DNA of 64,000 nucleotides, taken from contig DGMY01000040.1 of assembly GCA_002388665.1 (NCBI GenBank), positions 8,093 through 72,092 on the forward strand, written 5' to 3'. Each line of letters starts with the position of its first letter. Positions within the stretch are counted from its first letter, which is position 1. Positions 10,061 through 18,889 of this stretch are shown here, in pieces. The notes under the pieces were generated by a model, which saw only the letters and a list, made by a program, of their open reading frames with translations, was not told the DNA's origin and made no database searches. Origin of the DNA: Opitutia bacterium UBA4506 (GTDB lineage: Bacteria; Verrucomicrobiota; Verrucomicrobiia; Opitutales; Puniceicoccaceae). Position numbers and translations under genes: made by a program.

Positions 10061-10929
10061 TCTCCGGTGGGTAGCTCAGATTTCAACTGACGCCTGCGCG
10101 AATCGAGAAGCGGAAAGAATCCTTCGGCTTGGAGGGTTTCGGCAGCTGAATCTGAAAGCAGGAACTCGATGTAGGGCGCGAGAAAGCGGTACTGGCTGCG
10201 GGGAACGCAGATGTAGTAGGGGAGGGAAAGCGGATAGTCACCGTAGTTGACGTTCTCGAGGGTAGGGCCGAACGAAATCTCGCCCTCGGAAGATTCGATG
10301 CGAAGCGTTTTGAGATCTGGTGAAAGTGGAATCGTGTCAATGAAGCCAATCGCCCCATCATTGTTGCTGACATAGGACTCCAGGCGCAGGGAGGAGCTAA
10401 ATTCTTGGATCCCGGAACGAAGGGCTTCGCTCTCGAGGAAAGTTGCGCTGAACAAGTCGAGAATCGGGCTCAAGCCGGAGTTTGCGTAGGCGGCTTGGAT
10501 ATTACGATTTTGCCAGGAACCGGAGAGACCCAGAGCCGACCATCGAGCAATCGCATTCTCGCTCAGCGAGCCAAAGATGCCTCCAATTTGTTGTTGGGAA
10601 AGGGAATCGAGAGGATTCTTTTCATGTACAACAATCGCACCGATCTGGAATCCCAGGGGAATGACGGGGAAATCGTAGTCGCTGGGAGTTTTCTCGGGCA
10701 TGGCCACGAGAATGATGTCGGCATCGCCCTCGTAAAATTCACGGAAAGCGAGGAGACTGCCACCTAGGTTCACCTCGAGAAAGTCGCCCTCGGATTCGGC
10801 AAACTCTTTGAGAGATTCGATCAGGGCCTCTGGAATGTAGTCGGAGCCCTCAACCTTGATTACGCGGGCATGAAGACTCGATCCGAGGAGGGTCAAAGAG
10901 AGAAGCGAAAGGAGAAAGAAGGGTTTCAT
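10057..10929 (-). CDS. PstS-like periplasmic substrate-binding protein (divergent)
   Basis: Signal peptide; IVVHEKNPLDSLSQQQIGGIF, W..LG, GAIGF, GDYPLS PBP pattern. Confidence 0.7.
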   Translation of the reverse strand: MKPFFLLSLLSLTLLGSSLHARVIKVEGSDYIPEALIESLKEFAESEGDFLEVNLGGSLLAFREFYEGDADIILVAMPEKTPSDYDFPVIPLGFQIGAIVVHEKNPLDSLSQQQIGGIFGSLSENAIARWSALGLSGSWQNRNIQAAYANSGLSPILDLFSATFLESEALRSGIQEFSSSLRLESYVSNNDGAIGFIDTIPLSPDLKTLRIESSEGEISFGPTLENVNYGDYPLSLPYYICVPRSQYRFLAPYIEFLLSDSAAETLQAEGFFPLLDSRRRQLKSELPTGE

Positions 10930-10940
10930 ATACTAGGAAA

Positions 10941-12305
10941 TTAAGATTCGAGGAGTTCGGGCCAGCGTGCAAGCTTCCGATGAAGAGTACGGCGACTCAT
11001 CCCCAGTAATTCTGCAGCCTGGGTCTTGTTTCCACCGGTTTTTTGCAGGGCATTGCGCAAAAGTCGTTTCTCATTTTCTTCCACGGAAAGAGGATTTGAG
11101 ACCAGGCCGGAAATGGCGGTTCGGGCTGGGGGACCCTCGTCAAAAAACTTGGTTTCGAGATCGTACTCGGTCACGAGGCTACCGCGCTTCAGGATGACTA
11201 TGTTTTCGCAGAAATTCCGCAGTTCGCGGATGTTTCCCGGCCATCGATATTTCTGAAGGACCCCGACCGCATCGGGAGAGAATGTAACCGGGGGCAAATT
11301 GTTCTCCCGGCTGAAAGTGTCGACGTAGTATTCGAGAAGGAGTGGTATATCCTCCTGCCGATCGCGCAAAGGAGGGAGATCCAGCGAGATTACATTGAGT
11401 CGGTAGAGGAGATCGGCGCGGAAATTCCCGCGTCGGGCCATTGCGGCCAAATCTTTATTGGTGGCACAAACCAACCGGGCATCGATCGAAATTGTTTTAA
11501 CGCTCCCGAGCCTTTCGAGAGTGCGGGTTTCGAGAAAGCGCAGCAGCTTTATCTGGGTTGAAGCGTCGATCTCGCCGATCTCGTCGAGAAACAGCGTGCC
11601 CCCATCAGCCGCTTCGAACCGCCCGATCCGTCGTTCGGTGGCCCCGGTAAAGGCACCTTTCTCGTGACCGAACAGTTCGCTTTCCAGAAGATTGGATGCC
11701 AACGCCGCGCAATGAACGGCGACGAACGGTCGGCGACTCCGGTCGCTGTTCTGGTGGATGGCCTGAGCGATCAGCTCTTTACCGGTTCCCGTTTCGCCCT
11801 CGATCAAGACCGTAGCCTTGGAGGGGGCGACCAAGCGCACGGTATCGAGAATCTTTTGCAGTTTCGGGGAGTTGCCGAGAATCTCGTCAAACTTGAATTT
11901 CTGGTCAAGGCGCTGGTGAAGCGTCTGGTTCTCCTTTTCGAGTTGTTCGGTTTTGAGGGCGCGCTCGATCAGAAGTTCGAGTTTCTCCAGGCTTACCGGC
12001 TTGGTGAGGAAATCGTAGGCTCCCCGCTTCATTGCATCCACGGCGGTCTCCACATTCCCGTAGGCGGTCATCATGATGCAGACTGGCCGCGGCGAAATTG
12101 TCAGAGTCCGTTCGATCACGGACATGCCTGATTTGCCGGCCATCCTCAAATCGGTCAAAACCACATCAAAGCGGTCGCTTTCGAGATGATTGAACGCCTC
12201 TTTGGCATTGTTGGCGGTGGTGATCTCGTAACGGTCCTCCAATGCAGCCTCCAGACCTTCGAGGGTATGGGGTTCGTCATCTACGATTAGAATGGATGCT
12301 GGCAT
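10941..12305 (-). CDS. Sigma54-dependent response regulator (NtrC/AtoC family)
   Basis: REC (VVLTDLRM), Walker A GETGTGKE, GAFTGA, Walker B LFLDEIG, WPGNIREL, Fis HTH. Confidence 0.95.
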   Translation of the reverse strand: MPASILIVDDEPHTLEGLEAALEDRYEITTANNAKEAFNHLESDRFDVVLTDLRMAGKSGMSVIERTLTISPRPVCIMMTAYGNVETAVDAMKRGAYDFLTKPVSLEKLELLIERALKTEQLEKENQTLHQRLDQKFKFDEILGNSPKLQKILDTVRLVAPSKATVLIEGETGTGKELIAQAIHQNSDRSRRPFVAVHCAALASNLLESELFGHEKGAFTGATERRIGRFEAADGGTLFLDEIGEIDASTQIKLLRFLETRTLERLGSVKTISIDARLVCATNKDLAAMARRGNFRADLLYRLNVISLDLPPLRDRQEDIPLLLEYYVDTFSRENNLPPVTFSPDAVGVLQKYRWPGNIRELRNFCENIVILKRGSLVTEYDLETKFFDEGPPARTAISGLVSNPLSVEENEKRLLRNALQKTGGNKTQAAELLGMSRRTLHRKLARWPELLES

Positions 12306-12380
12306 GAAAGTCAGAGGATGATTTGAGACTTGCTGAGAGCAAGAAATTCTTTGGTCTTCCGCGGCTGTGGAAAAGAAGGG

Positions 12381-13688
12381 CTAGGATTCGAGGATGCTCG
12401 CGACAACTTTCTTGGGCGTTTGAGTGATGGAAGAGACCCTGTCGGTATCGTTGTCCAGGAACTCTGCCAGCGCGGTTACATATGAATCGCGATAGGACTC
12501 GAGAGATTCGAACAAGCTGATCTCGCGGAGTTGGCTCTTGGAAATGGCGGGTGTGTCATCCCCCGACATGGCTTCGATCACATCGCGGGTGGCGACTGGC
12601 CGGCCGGTGTGTCGTTGTTGGATTTGGAGAAGAACCTTGCGAAGCTCGGTGTAGTTCCCGGGCCACTCCTTATCGACTAAGGTGCGAATGGCCTCGTTGT
12701 CCCATGGAATTGGGCGGCCGTTGTCGTCTTCGGTGGATCGGGCAACCCACTCGATGTCTTCGGGGCACTCTCGCAGCGGGGGAACGTGGATCTCAGAGCC
12801 GCCCATGGACAAATAGAGTTCATCGCTCAAAGCGCCATCCTGATAGAGCGATTCGACATCTCTACTGATCATGAAGACAAAGCGGATGTGGCCATCCCAC
12901 TGGTTCTGGAACGTACCCCGGCGGGAGCTGCGGGCCAGTTGTTTTTGATGGGTTGGGTCGAGCAGATCAGTTTCGGGGATGCAAAGAACGAGATTGGACC
13001 ATCCGTTCTCGTACGCCTCGGCAGCAATTTCGCCAAGCCGGTCAATGGTGCAATCGGCGGATTCGATGATCCGGCCCCCCGAAGTCTCGCTGCTGACCCA
13101 GCGGCAAAAGTCTTCTGCAATCGCCCGTGAAGGAGTGCCGCGTGGAGTGACAATGCAGAGATTTTGCCTTCGGTTCCGCATCCGGTAAATAGACTCTGCG
13201 AAGGCGAGACTAGCTTCGGACTGGCAGGGCAGGGCGTGGAAGGGAAACCCGAGATTGCTGATTTCGGATTCGGATTCGTGATGGCTCTGAGGCTTCTGCT
13301 TTTGGGACTTCGATTTGCCTTCGGCGATCAATTTCGCTGCATTTTTCAGGAGCGAGAAAACGCTAAGCGGCTTTTCGTAGAGGCCAACGATCCCCTCAGC
13401 TTCCATTTTCTCCCGATCCTTGGACTCGAGAAAGCCCGACACCATGATGATGGGTAGCTCAGGGCGAATGGCTTTGATCTTTTGTGAAAGTTCGAAGCCA
13501 TTGAGCATGGGCATGCGCAAATCGGTCACCACGAGGCTGAAGTCCATCGAGCGAACAATATTCTCGACCTTGGTAGGATCTCCAGCGACCTCGACCTCGT
13601 AAGAAGCCTGAGTAAATACGTCGGAAAGGAGAGACGCAAAATCAAGATCGTCGTCAACAATGAGAATTCGGGTAGTTGTTTCTTCCAT
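12381..13688 (-). CDS. Response regulator with degenerate sigma54-type AAA+ domain
   Basis: Intact REC (DDD, VTDLRMP, K); remnant VPPLRECPEDI and WPGNYTEL; no Walker A, GAFTGA or DE Walker B. Confidence 0.75.
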   Translation of the reverse strand: MEETTTRILIVDDDLDFASLLSDVFTQASYEVEVAGDPTKVENIVRSMDFSLVVTDLRMPMLNGFELSQKIKAIRPELPIIMVSGFLESKDREKMEAEGIVGLYEKPLSVFSLLKNAAKLIAEGKSKSQKQKPQSHHESESEISNLGFPFHALPCQSEASLAFAESIYRMRNRRQNLCIVTPRGTPSRAIAEDFCRWVSSETSGGRIIESADCTIDRLGEIAAEAYENGWSNLVLCIPETDLLDPTHQKQLARSSRRGTFQNQWDGHIRFVFMISRDVESLYQDGALSDELYLSMGGSEIHVPPLRECPEDIEWVARSTEDDNGRPIPWDNEAIRTLVDKEWPGNYTELRKVLLQIQQRHTGRPVATRDVIEAMSGDDTPAISKSQLREISLFESLESYRDSYVTALAEFLDNDTDRVSSITQTPKKVVASILES

Positions 13689-13697
13689 CGTAGGAAA

Positions 13698-14216
13698 TTA
13701 ATGTTCGTCTTCGGCCTCGCCGGAATCGGACTGGGATATGCGGTCGATTGCTTCGGTGATGCATTGGATATCGGTGCCGTACCAGACGATGGGCTTGTCC
13801 GCGATCCCCTCCCAGTAATCGATCACGGGACGGCTTGGGTGATAGGCAGTCGCGACCAAGTAGTAATCGCCGACGAGATCAAAAGGAATGGTCCAAGTTG
13901 CCCAGCAGATATCGGGGTCGTTCATCGCGTTCCCCAGAGGGCGCAAGCGATAGTTTCGCAGGGCGATCAAACCGATCTTGGATTCTTTGACCACGAAATC
14001 GATGTAATCCTTCTCCTCGAGTTTTTTCAGCTCATAGATCAAGATATTGAGGATAGAAATCTGTCGTGGATTTCCGGCGTCGATCGCGTCGAGAAGCTTT
14101 TCATTTGCTTCATCAATGTCATCCACTTTCACGAGACCATTTTCGTAGAGAGTGTTGGCCAGAAAACGATTGCTCCGCAATACGATGGCTCTGATTTCTT
14201 TACTGATCTCGGGCAT
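13698..14216 (-). CDS. Stand-alone GspE/PilB N-terminal (T2SSE_N / MshEN-like) domain protein
   Basis: RFLANTLYENGLV..D.DEA followed by IPFDLVGDYYLVATAYHP..D..E..ADKPIVWY; no ATPase domain. Confidence 0.55.
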   Translation of the reverse strand: MPEISKEIRAIVLRSNRFLANTLYENGLVKVDDIDEANEKLLDAIDAGNPRQISILNILIYELKKLEEKDYIDFVVKESKIGLIALRNYRLRPLGNAMNDPDICWATWTIPFDLVGDYYLVATAYHPSRPVIDYWEGIADKPIVWYGTDIQCITEAIDRISQSDSGEAEDEH

Positions 14217-14295
14217 TGAACTTCAAGCTATCGGGGCTTTCGGCAGGTTCAATCCAAAATCCTCGATCCCTCGTAGAGGAGGGCGATGGACCGAT

Positions 14296-14586
14296 TCAGC
14301 CGCGGTCGATATGGCCGAGGTCGCGGCGGGGATCGAGTTGATCGCGCACCCGTTTTTTCAGTTCCTTGATCTCGGGAAAGCCTCCATCGACCGTTCGGTC
14401 CCAGAGAACGAGATCATTGTAGGTGATGAGGAAGGTTCCCGATGAGTCACTGGGACGAAGGGTGACCTGCGCCAAGTCATTCTCGAAAGTGCTCAGAAGC
14501 TCTTGAGACATCCAAGCGGAACGCAGCAGCCATTTGCAGCCCGGGCAGTAGGTGATGGTAATCGCTGGTTTTTGAGTATCTTTCAC
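14296..14586 (-). CDS. SelT/SelW/SelH (Rdx) family protein
   Basis: ITITYCPGCKWLLRSAWMSQELL, LWDR..DGGFPEIKELK..VRD..DP.RDLGH.D; GTG start at 14586 assumed. Confidence 0.9.
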   Translation of the reverse strand: MKDTQKPAITITYCPGCKWLLRSAWMSQELLSTFENDLAQVTLRPSDSSGTFLITYNDLVLWDRTVDGGFPEIKELKKRVRDQLDPRRDLGHIDRG

Positions 14587-14784
14587 ACCTCGATTGAATA
14601 CGGACGGAGCAGGAGACCGCAATCACGGAGTCGGCATCTCACCGGGTGAATCCACCCAGGCGTGGGGCTGGTGGTAGCTGTTCCCCTGAGCGCAGGCCGA
14701 TGAGATACGGGAAGAACGGGATTTTTTCGGCGACGAATCGTTTTTGGATTCGCCCGAAGGCGATAGGGGGTTTACGAAAGGAGA

Positions 14785-15213
14785 ATGAAAATTTCACTCG
14801 GAACAGATCACGCTGGTTACACCCACAAGGAAGCGGTCAAAACCCATCTTGCCGGCCTCGGCCATGAAGTACTGGATTTTGGCACTGATTCTGTTGAAGC
14901 AGTTGATTACCCCGACTACATCCGCCCAGCTGCTGAGGCAGTATCAACCGGTGAATCGGACCTAGGTATCGTATTTGGTGGCAGTGGTAACGGTGAAGCG
15001 ATTACTGCCAACAAAGTGAAAGGCGTTCGCTGCGCACTCTGCTGGAACATCGAGACCGGTGAGCTGGCGAAACAGCACAACAACGCAAATGTACTCTCAT
15101 TTGGCGCCCGGCAGACACCGATCGATGACGTAATCAAGATCATCGACGCTTGGCTGGGAGCGGAATTCGAGGGTGGACGCCACCTACGGCGCATCAATAA
15201 AATTGAACAATAG
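14785..15213 (+). CDS. rpiB: Ribose 5-phosphate isomerase B
   Basis: GTDHAG, VDYPD, FGGSGNGE (Mycobacterium-type Glu base), HNNANVL, EFEGGRH.RR. Confidence 0.93.
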   Translation: MKISLGTDHAGYTHKEAVKTHLAGLGHEVLDFGTDSVEAVDYPDYIRPAAEAVSTGESDLGIVFGGSGNGEAITANKVKGVRCALCWNIETGELAKQHNNANVLSFGARQTPIDDVIKIIDAWLGAEFEGGRHLRRINKIEQ

Positions 15214-15215
15214 AG

Positions 15216-15869
15216 ATGAATCTCCCTTCCAGTTTTGACATGGAAGGAACATCAAGCTTTGTACCCATTATGGCTGAAATTATGCAGGCAAAAGAAAATC
15301 AAGAGGAAAAGAATCAGGGCGGCTCGCTCTCCGAGATGGTCCAAAAGCGATTCCTCGAGGATCGTAAAATCTTTCTCTGGGGGGAGGTTTCCGACAAGAC
15401 AATGCGGGAAGTCACCGAGAAATTGTTGTTCCTTGAGTCCGACAAACCCGGCGAAGAGATCAAGTTTTACATCAACACACCCGGTGGATCGATTACAGCG
15501 GGTATGGCGGCCTACGATACGATGAAGCTCATTTCGAGTCCCGTTTCGGTCATCGTGACTGGCATGGCCGCTAGCATGGGTTCGATCCTTCTGTCGGGGG
15601 CAGAGAAAGGCCGCCGGTATATTTATCCACACGGGCGGGTTCTCATTCACCAGCCATTGATCAGTGGAACTTTCATGGCTCCTGCCGTGGACATCAATAT
15701 CCAGGCGCAGGAGATGGAACGCATCCGCGAGGAATTGAACAAGATTCTCGCCGAGGCTTCTGGTAAGGATCTGGCGACGATCGAAAATGATACTGACCGC
15801 GATTTCTATCTCACTGCAGAAGAGTCGATTAAGTATGGTCTCGTCGATGAGATCGTGACCTCGATTTAG
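15216..15869 (+). CDS. clpP: ATP-dependent Clp protease proteolytic subunit
   Basis: YINTPGGS, GMAASMGS (Ser), IHQP (His region), DTDRDFYL (Asp). Confidence 0.94.
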   Translation: MNLPSSFDMEGTSSFVPIMAEIMQAKENQEEKNQGGSLSEMVQKRFLEDRKIFLWGEVSDKTMREVTEKLLFLESDKPGEEIKFYINTPGGSITAGMAAYDTMKLISSPVSVIVTGMAASMGSILLSGAEKGRRYIYPHGRVLIHQPLISGTFMAPAVDINIQAQEMERIREELNKILAEASGKDLATIENDTDRDFYLTAEESIKYGLVDEIVTSI

Positions 15870-15881
15870 GGGAGAGATTCC

Positions 15882-16715
15882 GTGAGTCTGGTATTTCAAA
15901 AGTATCACGCCCTTGGAAACGACTATTTCGTCCTCGATCCTTCGAGCGGCGAGTTGCCGGATGTTGAAGGGATTGAAGCAGTGTGCCACCGCAATTTCGG
16001 TTTGGGTTCAGACGGAATCCTATACGGCCCGCTCCGGTCCGAAGTAGCGGATTTTCGCCTGCGGATTTTGAATCCGGATGGAAGTGAAGCGGAAAAAAGT
16101 GGAAACGGGCTCCGCATCTTTTGCCGGTATCTGCACGATCGCGGCGAGGTGACAGATCGACCATTCACTGTGGAAACGCTGGGAGGGATCGTTTCGGCCT
16201 GTATTCACGATCCGGCAGAGAGCATCGAAGTCGAGATGGGTAAAGTTTCCTTTTCCAGCTCGGTGATTCCAGTCGAAGGAGAAGACCGAGAGGTCATCCA
16301 GGAGACTCTGGAAGCCGGGGGAGAGACCGTTGAGTTCTCAGCTGCCACTATTGGCAACCCCCACTGTGTCGTCCTGCGCGATAAAGTGACCGAGGCGGAG
16401 GCACTCCGTCTTGGACCATGCTTGGAGAATCACTCACTCTTCCCAAACCGGACGAACGTACAGTTTCTGGAGGTGATCGACCGCGCCAATATCAAATTGG
16501 AGATATGGGAGCGGGGTGCTGGATACACATTGGCATCGGGAAGTAGTTCGAGCGCTGCTGCATCGGTCGCGCGAAAGCTGGGCCTGGTTGACCAGAGTAT
16601 TACGGTGCACATGCCCGGCGGCCAGTTGACCTTGGAGATTGGCGACGACTATTCAGTCCGGATGACTGGACCGGTACGCCGGATCGGTGAACTGACCTGG
16701 ACGCCGGAAGGTTGA
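15882..16715 (+). CDS. dapF: Diaminopimelate epimerase-like protein with both catalytic Cys replaced by Ser
   Basis: KYHALGNDY, GSDG, NPDGSEAEKSGNG, GNPHCV, ERGAGYTLASGSS, MPGGQL; AGT at 16098 and TCG at 16536 occupy the Cys positions. Confidence 0.8.
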   Translation: MSLVFQKYHALGNDYFVLDPSSGELPDVEGIEAVCHRNFGLGSDGILYGPLRSEVADFRLRILNPDGSEAEKSGNGLRIFCRYLHDRGEVTDRPFTVETLGGIVSACIHDPAESIEVEMGKVSFSSSVIPVEGEDREVIQETLEAGGETVEFSAATIGNPHCVVLRDKVTEAEALRLGPCLENHSLFPNRTNVQFLEVIDRANIKLEIWERGAGYTLASGSSSSAAASVARKLGLVDQSITVHMPGGQLTLEIGDDYSVRMTGPVRRIGELTWTPEG

Positions 16716-16728
16716 CGCCGATTCGACC

Positions 16729-17856
16729 CTAGGAGGCGCTCGGGGGCAAATGGGCCGGTTTCAACGAGTCGGCTGTCGCTGTGTCCTGAAGGTCTCTTTT
16801 CGAGTGGATCCAAATCGATTTTGGTAGCGTATTTAGACCGTGGATACTTTTCCCTTCGACCCACTTGCCAATTGAAAGCAAGCTTCGGGGGTATTCCGGT
16901 ATGCCCGTTTCGTTGCGGTGCCTGAGTTGGATGAGGAGATCGATCGCTGACTCGGCGATGTTCGCGGTGTTTTGATAGATTCCAGAAACAGGCCCATCGG
17001 GCAGTGGGGTATCCATCGAGACAAAAGCGGTTTGAGAAAACTCTTCGGGAATCACTCGAAGCCAATTCATTGTATCACCGATTATGAGATCTGGTTTGTG
17101 TTGTCGGAGCCAAGGACTCAAGTCGGGAGCCGCCGCCCGCCATGATTGATGGTATATGCGGATTGAGGTGCTGTCCTCCCAAGCACTGAAAGCGCCCGTA
17201 TACGCACGGCTCATCCGTTCCTCAAGATCCTGGTCGAGGAGAAGGCAGGGGTTGCGAAAATTCAAGAGCTGCACCTCTCGCAGGACCTTGCAAAATGACT
17301 TGAAGTGGCTTGGTTCGGCGCGGTGCAGATCGGGCTGAATCAGGGAACTCCCGATGGTCACGCAGCTGAATCGACTCCAGTCGAGGGCCGGAGGGTTTGC
17401 GGGTGAAGACGGTGGAGGAGTGAGAATAACCCCTCGAATGCCACGGACCTTGAGGATGCGGTCGAGGTGATCCTGCGACTGATCTTCGCTAACTTGATGA
17501 TGCTCGATCCGGCATCCGTGTTCTTTCGCACTGGCATTGAGGCCCACCCATAGGTGATTGGAATAACTCCCCTCACTGTTACGAGAGGCCCACCGTCCGG
17601 GCCACCACAGCGCGGCGAGAGTTTCTCGGTAGGTGAGATCCCGGCGGCCGGCGAAACTGCTCATCAGTTCGGTTACCATCGGATCTGGCGAGTATCCCAC
17701 TCGGTCGGCAATCTCGAGGACTGCCTCGCGGGTCTTTTTGGCAATCTTCGAATTGGGCTGGAAGGCCCTGGAAACTGTCATTCGAGAGACGCCAGCCAAC
17801 TCGGCCACATCGCGGAGTGACGGTTGCTTTGGGCGGGGCTCGCGTTCTCTAGACAT
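16729..17856 (-). CDS. LacI family transcriptional regulator
   Basis: SLRDVAELAGVSRMTVSRAF HTH, GYSPDP, C-terminal sugar-binding-like domain; start at MSRERE assumed. Confidence 0.88.
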   Translation of the reverse strand: MSREREPRPKQPSLRDVAELAGVSRMTVSRAFQPNSKIAKKTREAVLEIADRVGYSPDPMVTELMSSFAGRRDLTYRETLAALWWPGRWASRNSEGSYSNHLWVGLNASAKEHGCRIEHHQVSEDQSQDHLDRILKVRGIRGVILTPPPSSPANPPALDWSRFSCVTIGSSLIQPDLHRAEPSHFKSFCKVLREVQLLNFRNPCLLLDQDLEERMSRAYTGAFSAWEDSTSIRIYHQSWRAAAPDLSPWLRQHKPDLIIGDTMNWLRVIPEEFSQTAFVSMDTPLPDGPVSGIYQNTANIAESAIDLLIQLRHRNETGIPEYPRSLLSIGKWVEGKSIHGLNTLPKSIWIHSKRDLQDTATADSLKPAHLPPSAS

Positions 17857-17969
17857 ACCGATTTTCGAAGTATGAATCGAACGGCGCGAAAAGACAAATC
17901 CCAATCCAGGCCGGAATCTGTGGTGGCAGCCGGTCGAATGCTGCCCCCGCGAATCCTTTCTCCTTTGCC

Positions 17970-18677
17970 TTAGGAACGAGAGCGGCGAAGCGCCAGTCCA
18001 CCCAAGCAGGCAAAACCAGCAATGAGAGCGAACGATGAAGGCTCGGGAACGGGGGTGTAGTCGATTGCCAGCGTCGGGCGGGCCGAATTTCCCTCGCGGA
18101 CAAAGAAAAAGATGTCTCTCGTAGCGTTGTTCTCAACATCGAGTTTTGTGAGAAGATAGATCGTTTCTCCGATCGACGATTGGACATAGCTATCGAGTGC
18201 ACTGCCAGTGAAATCGATCTCGGTTCCGCCTGGTGCCGTACCAGGATTCGCGTCTTCGGATGCGAGTAGAGTGGAATAATCGCCGCCCTCAGTGGTCCAA
18301 TCCGTAGTGTCTGTGGCCTTCACCCAAGTGGCCTCGTCGTAGACATAGGGAGTGGTCAGCTCGAAGAGATTCAGTGTTACGTCGCCATTGGTGCTGGTGG
18401 GGTCATCCTTGCCCACTGTGAGCGTAAGAGTAACGCTATTGATGGTTGCACCCGCAAGTAGAGGGTCGCTGAGGTCGAAGGTGAGCAAGCCTCGGAGAAG
18501 ATCACCCGAAGTGGTTGTCTGGCCTACGATTGAATATTCCGCTGCGCCTTGGTTGGAGAATCCATCGCGGATGCCAACCGATTGCAGGTCGCTGCTACCT
18601 GTGTTGAAAATTTCGATGGTGGCCGCTGAGGAGGTCAGGGCGGTAGCGAGAAGAAGGACAGGGGTAATCTGTTTCAT
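17970..18677 (-). CDS. PEP-CTERM surface protein with DNRLRE-like domain
   Basis: Signal peptide; LRGLLTFDLS..INSVTLTL..W...GGD; C-terminal VPEPSSFALIAGFACLGGLALRRSRS. Confidence 0.85.
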   Translation of the reverse strand: MKQITPVLLLATALTSSAATIEIFNTGSSDLQSVGIRDGFSNQGAAEYSIVGQTTTSGDLLRGLLTFDLSDPLLAGATINSVTLTLTVGKDDPTSTNGDVTLNLFELTTPYVYDEATWVKATDTTDWTTEGGDYSTLLASEDANPGTAPGGTEIDFTGSALDSYVQSSIGETIYLLTKLDVENNATRDIFFFVREGNSARPTLAIDYTPVPEPSSFALIAGFACLGGLALRRSRS

Positions 18678-18889
18678 TGTGGGTGGGTTAGAGGTGTTCG
18701 GGATAAACTATGGGGGATTCTCCCTTATATCGCAGAAGTGGACAAGTCTGCTTGCGGTGATACAGTAACAGGCATAGAGAAACCGTTCCCCTAGGTGGTT
18801 GGATATGAGATTGTGATCTCTATTGAGAAAGGGCTACCGGTGTCCGCGCAACCCCTCTGGCCTCTCCGGGTGGAGGGGAGTTCGGCGGT

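Noticed and set aside
13701-14219. 172-aa plus-strand ORF exactly antisense to the T2SSE_N-like gene
   Set aside because: Codon-register mirror of the real minus-strand gene; no motifs
14296-14622. Possible selenoprotein (SelW family)
   Set aside because: Motif is CPGC with no in-frame TGA
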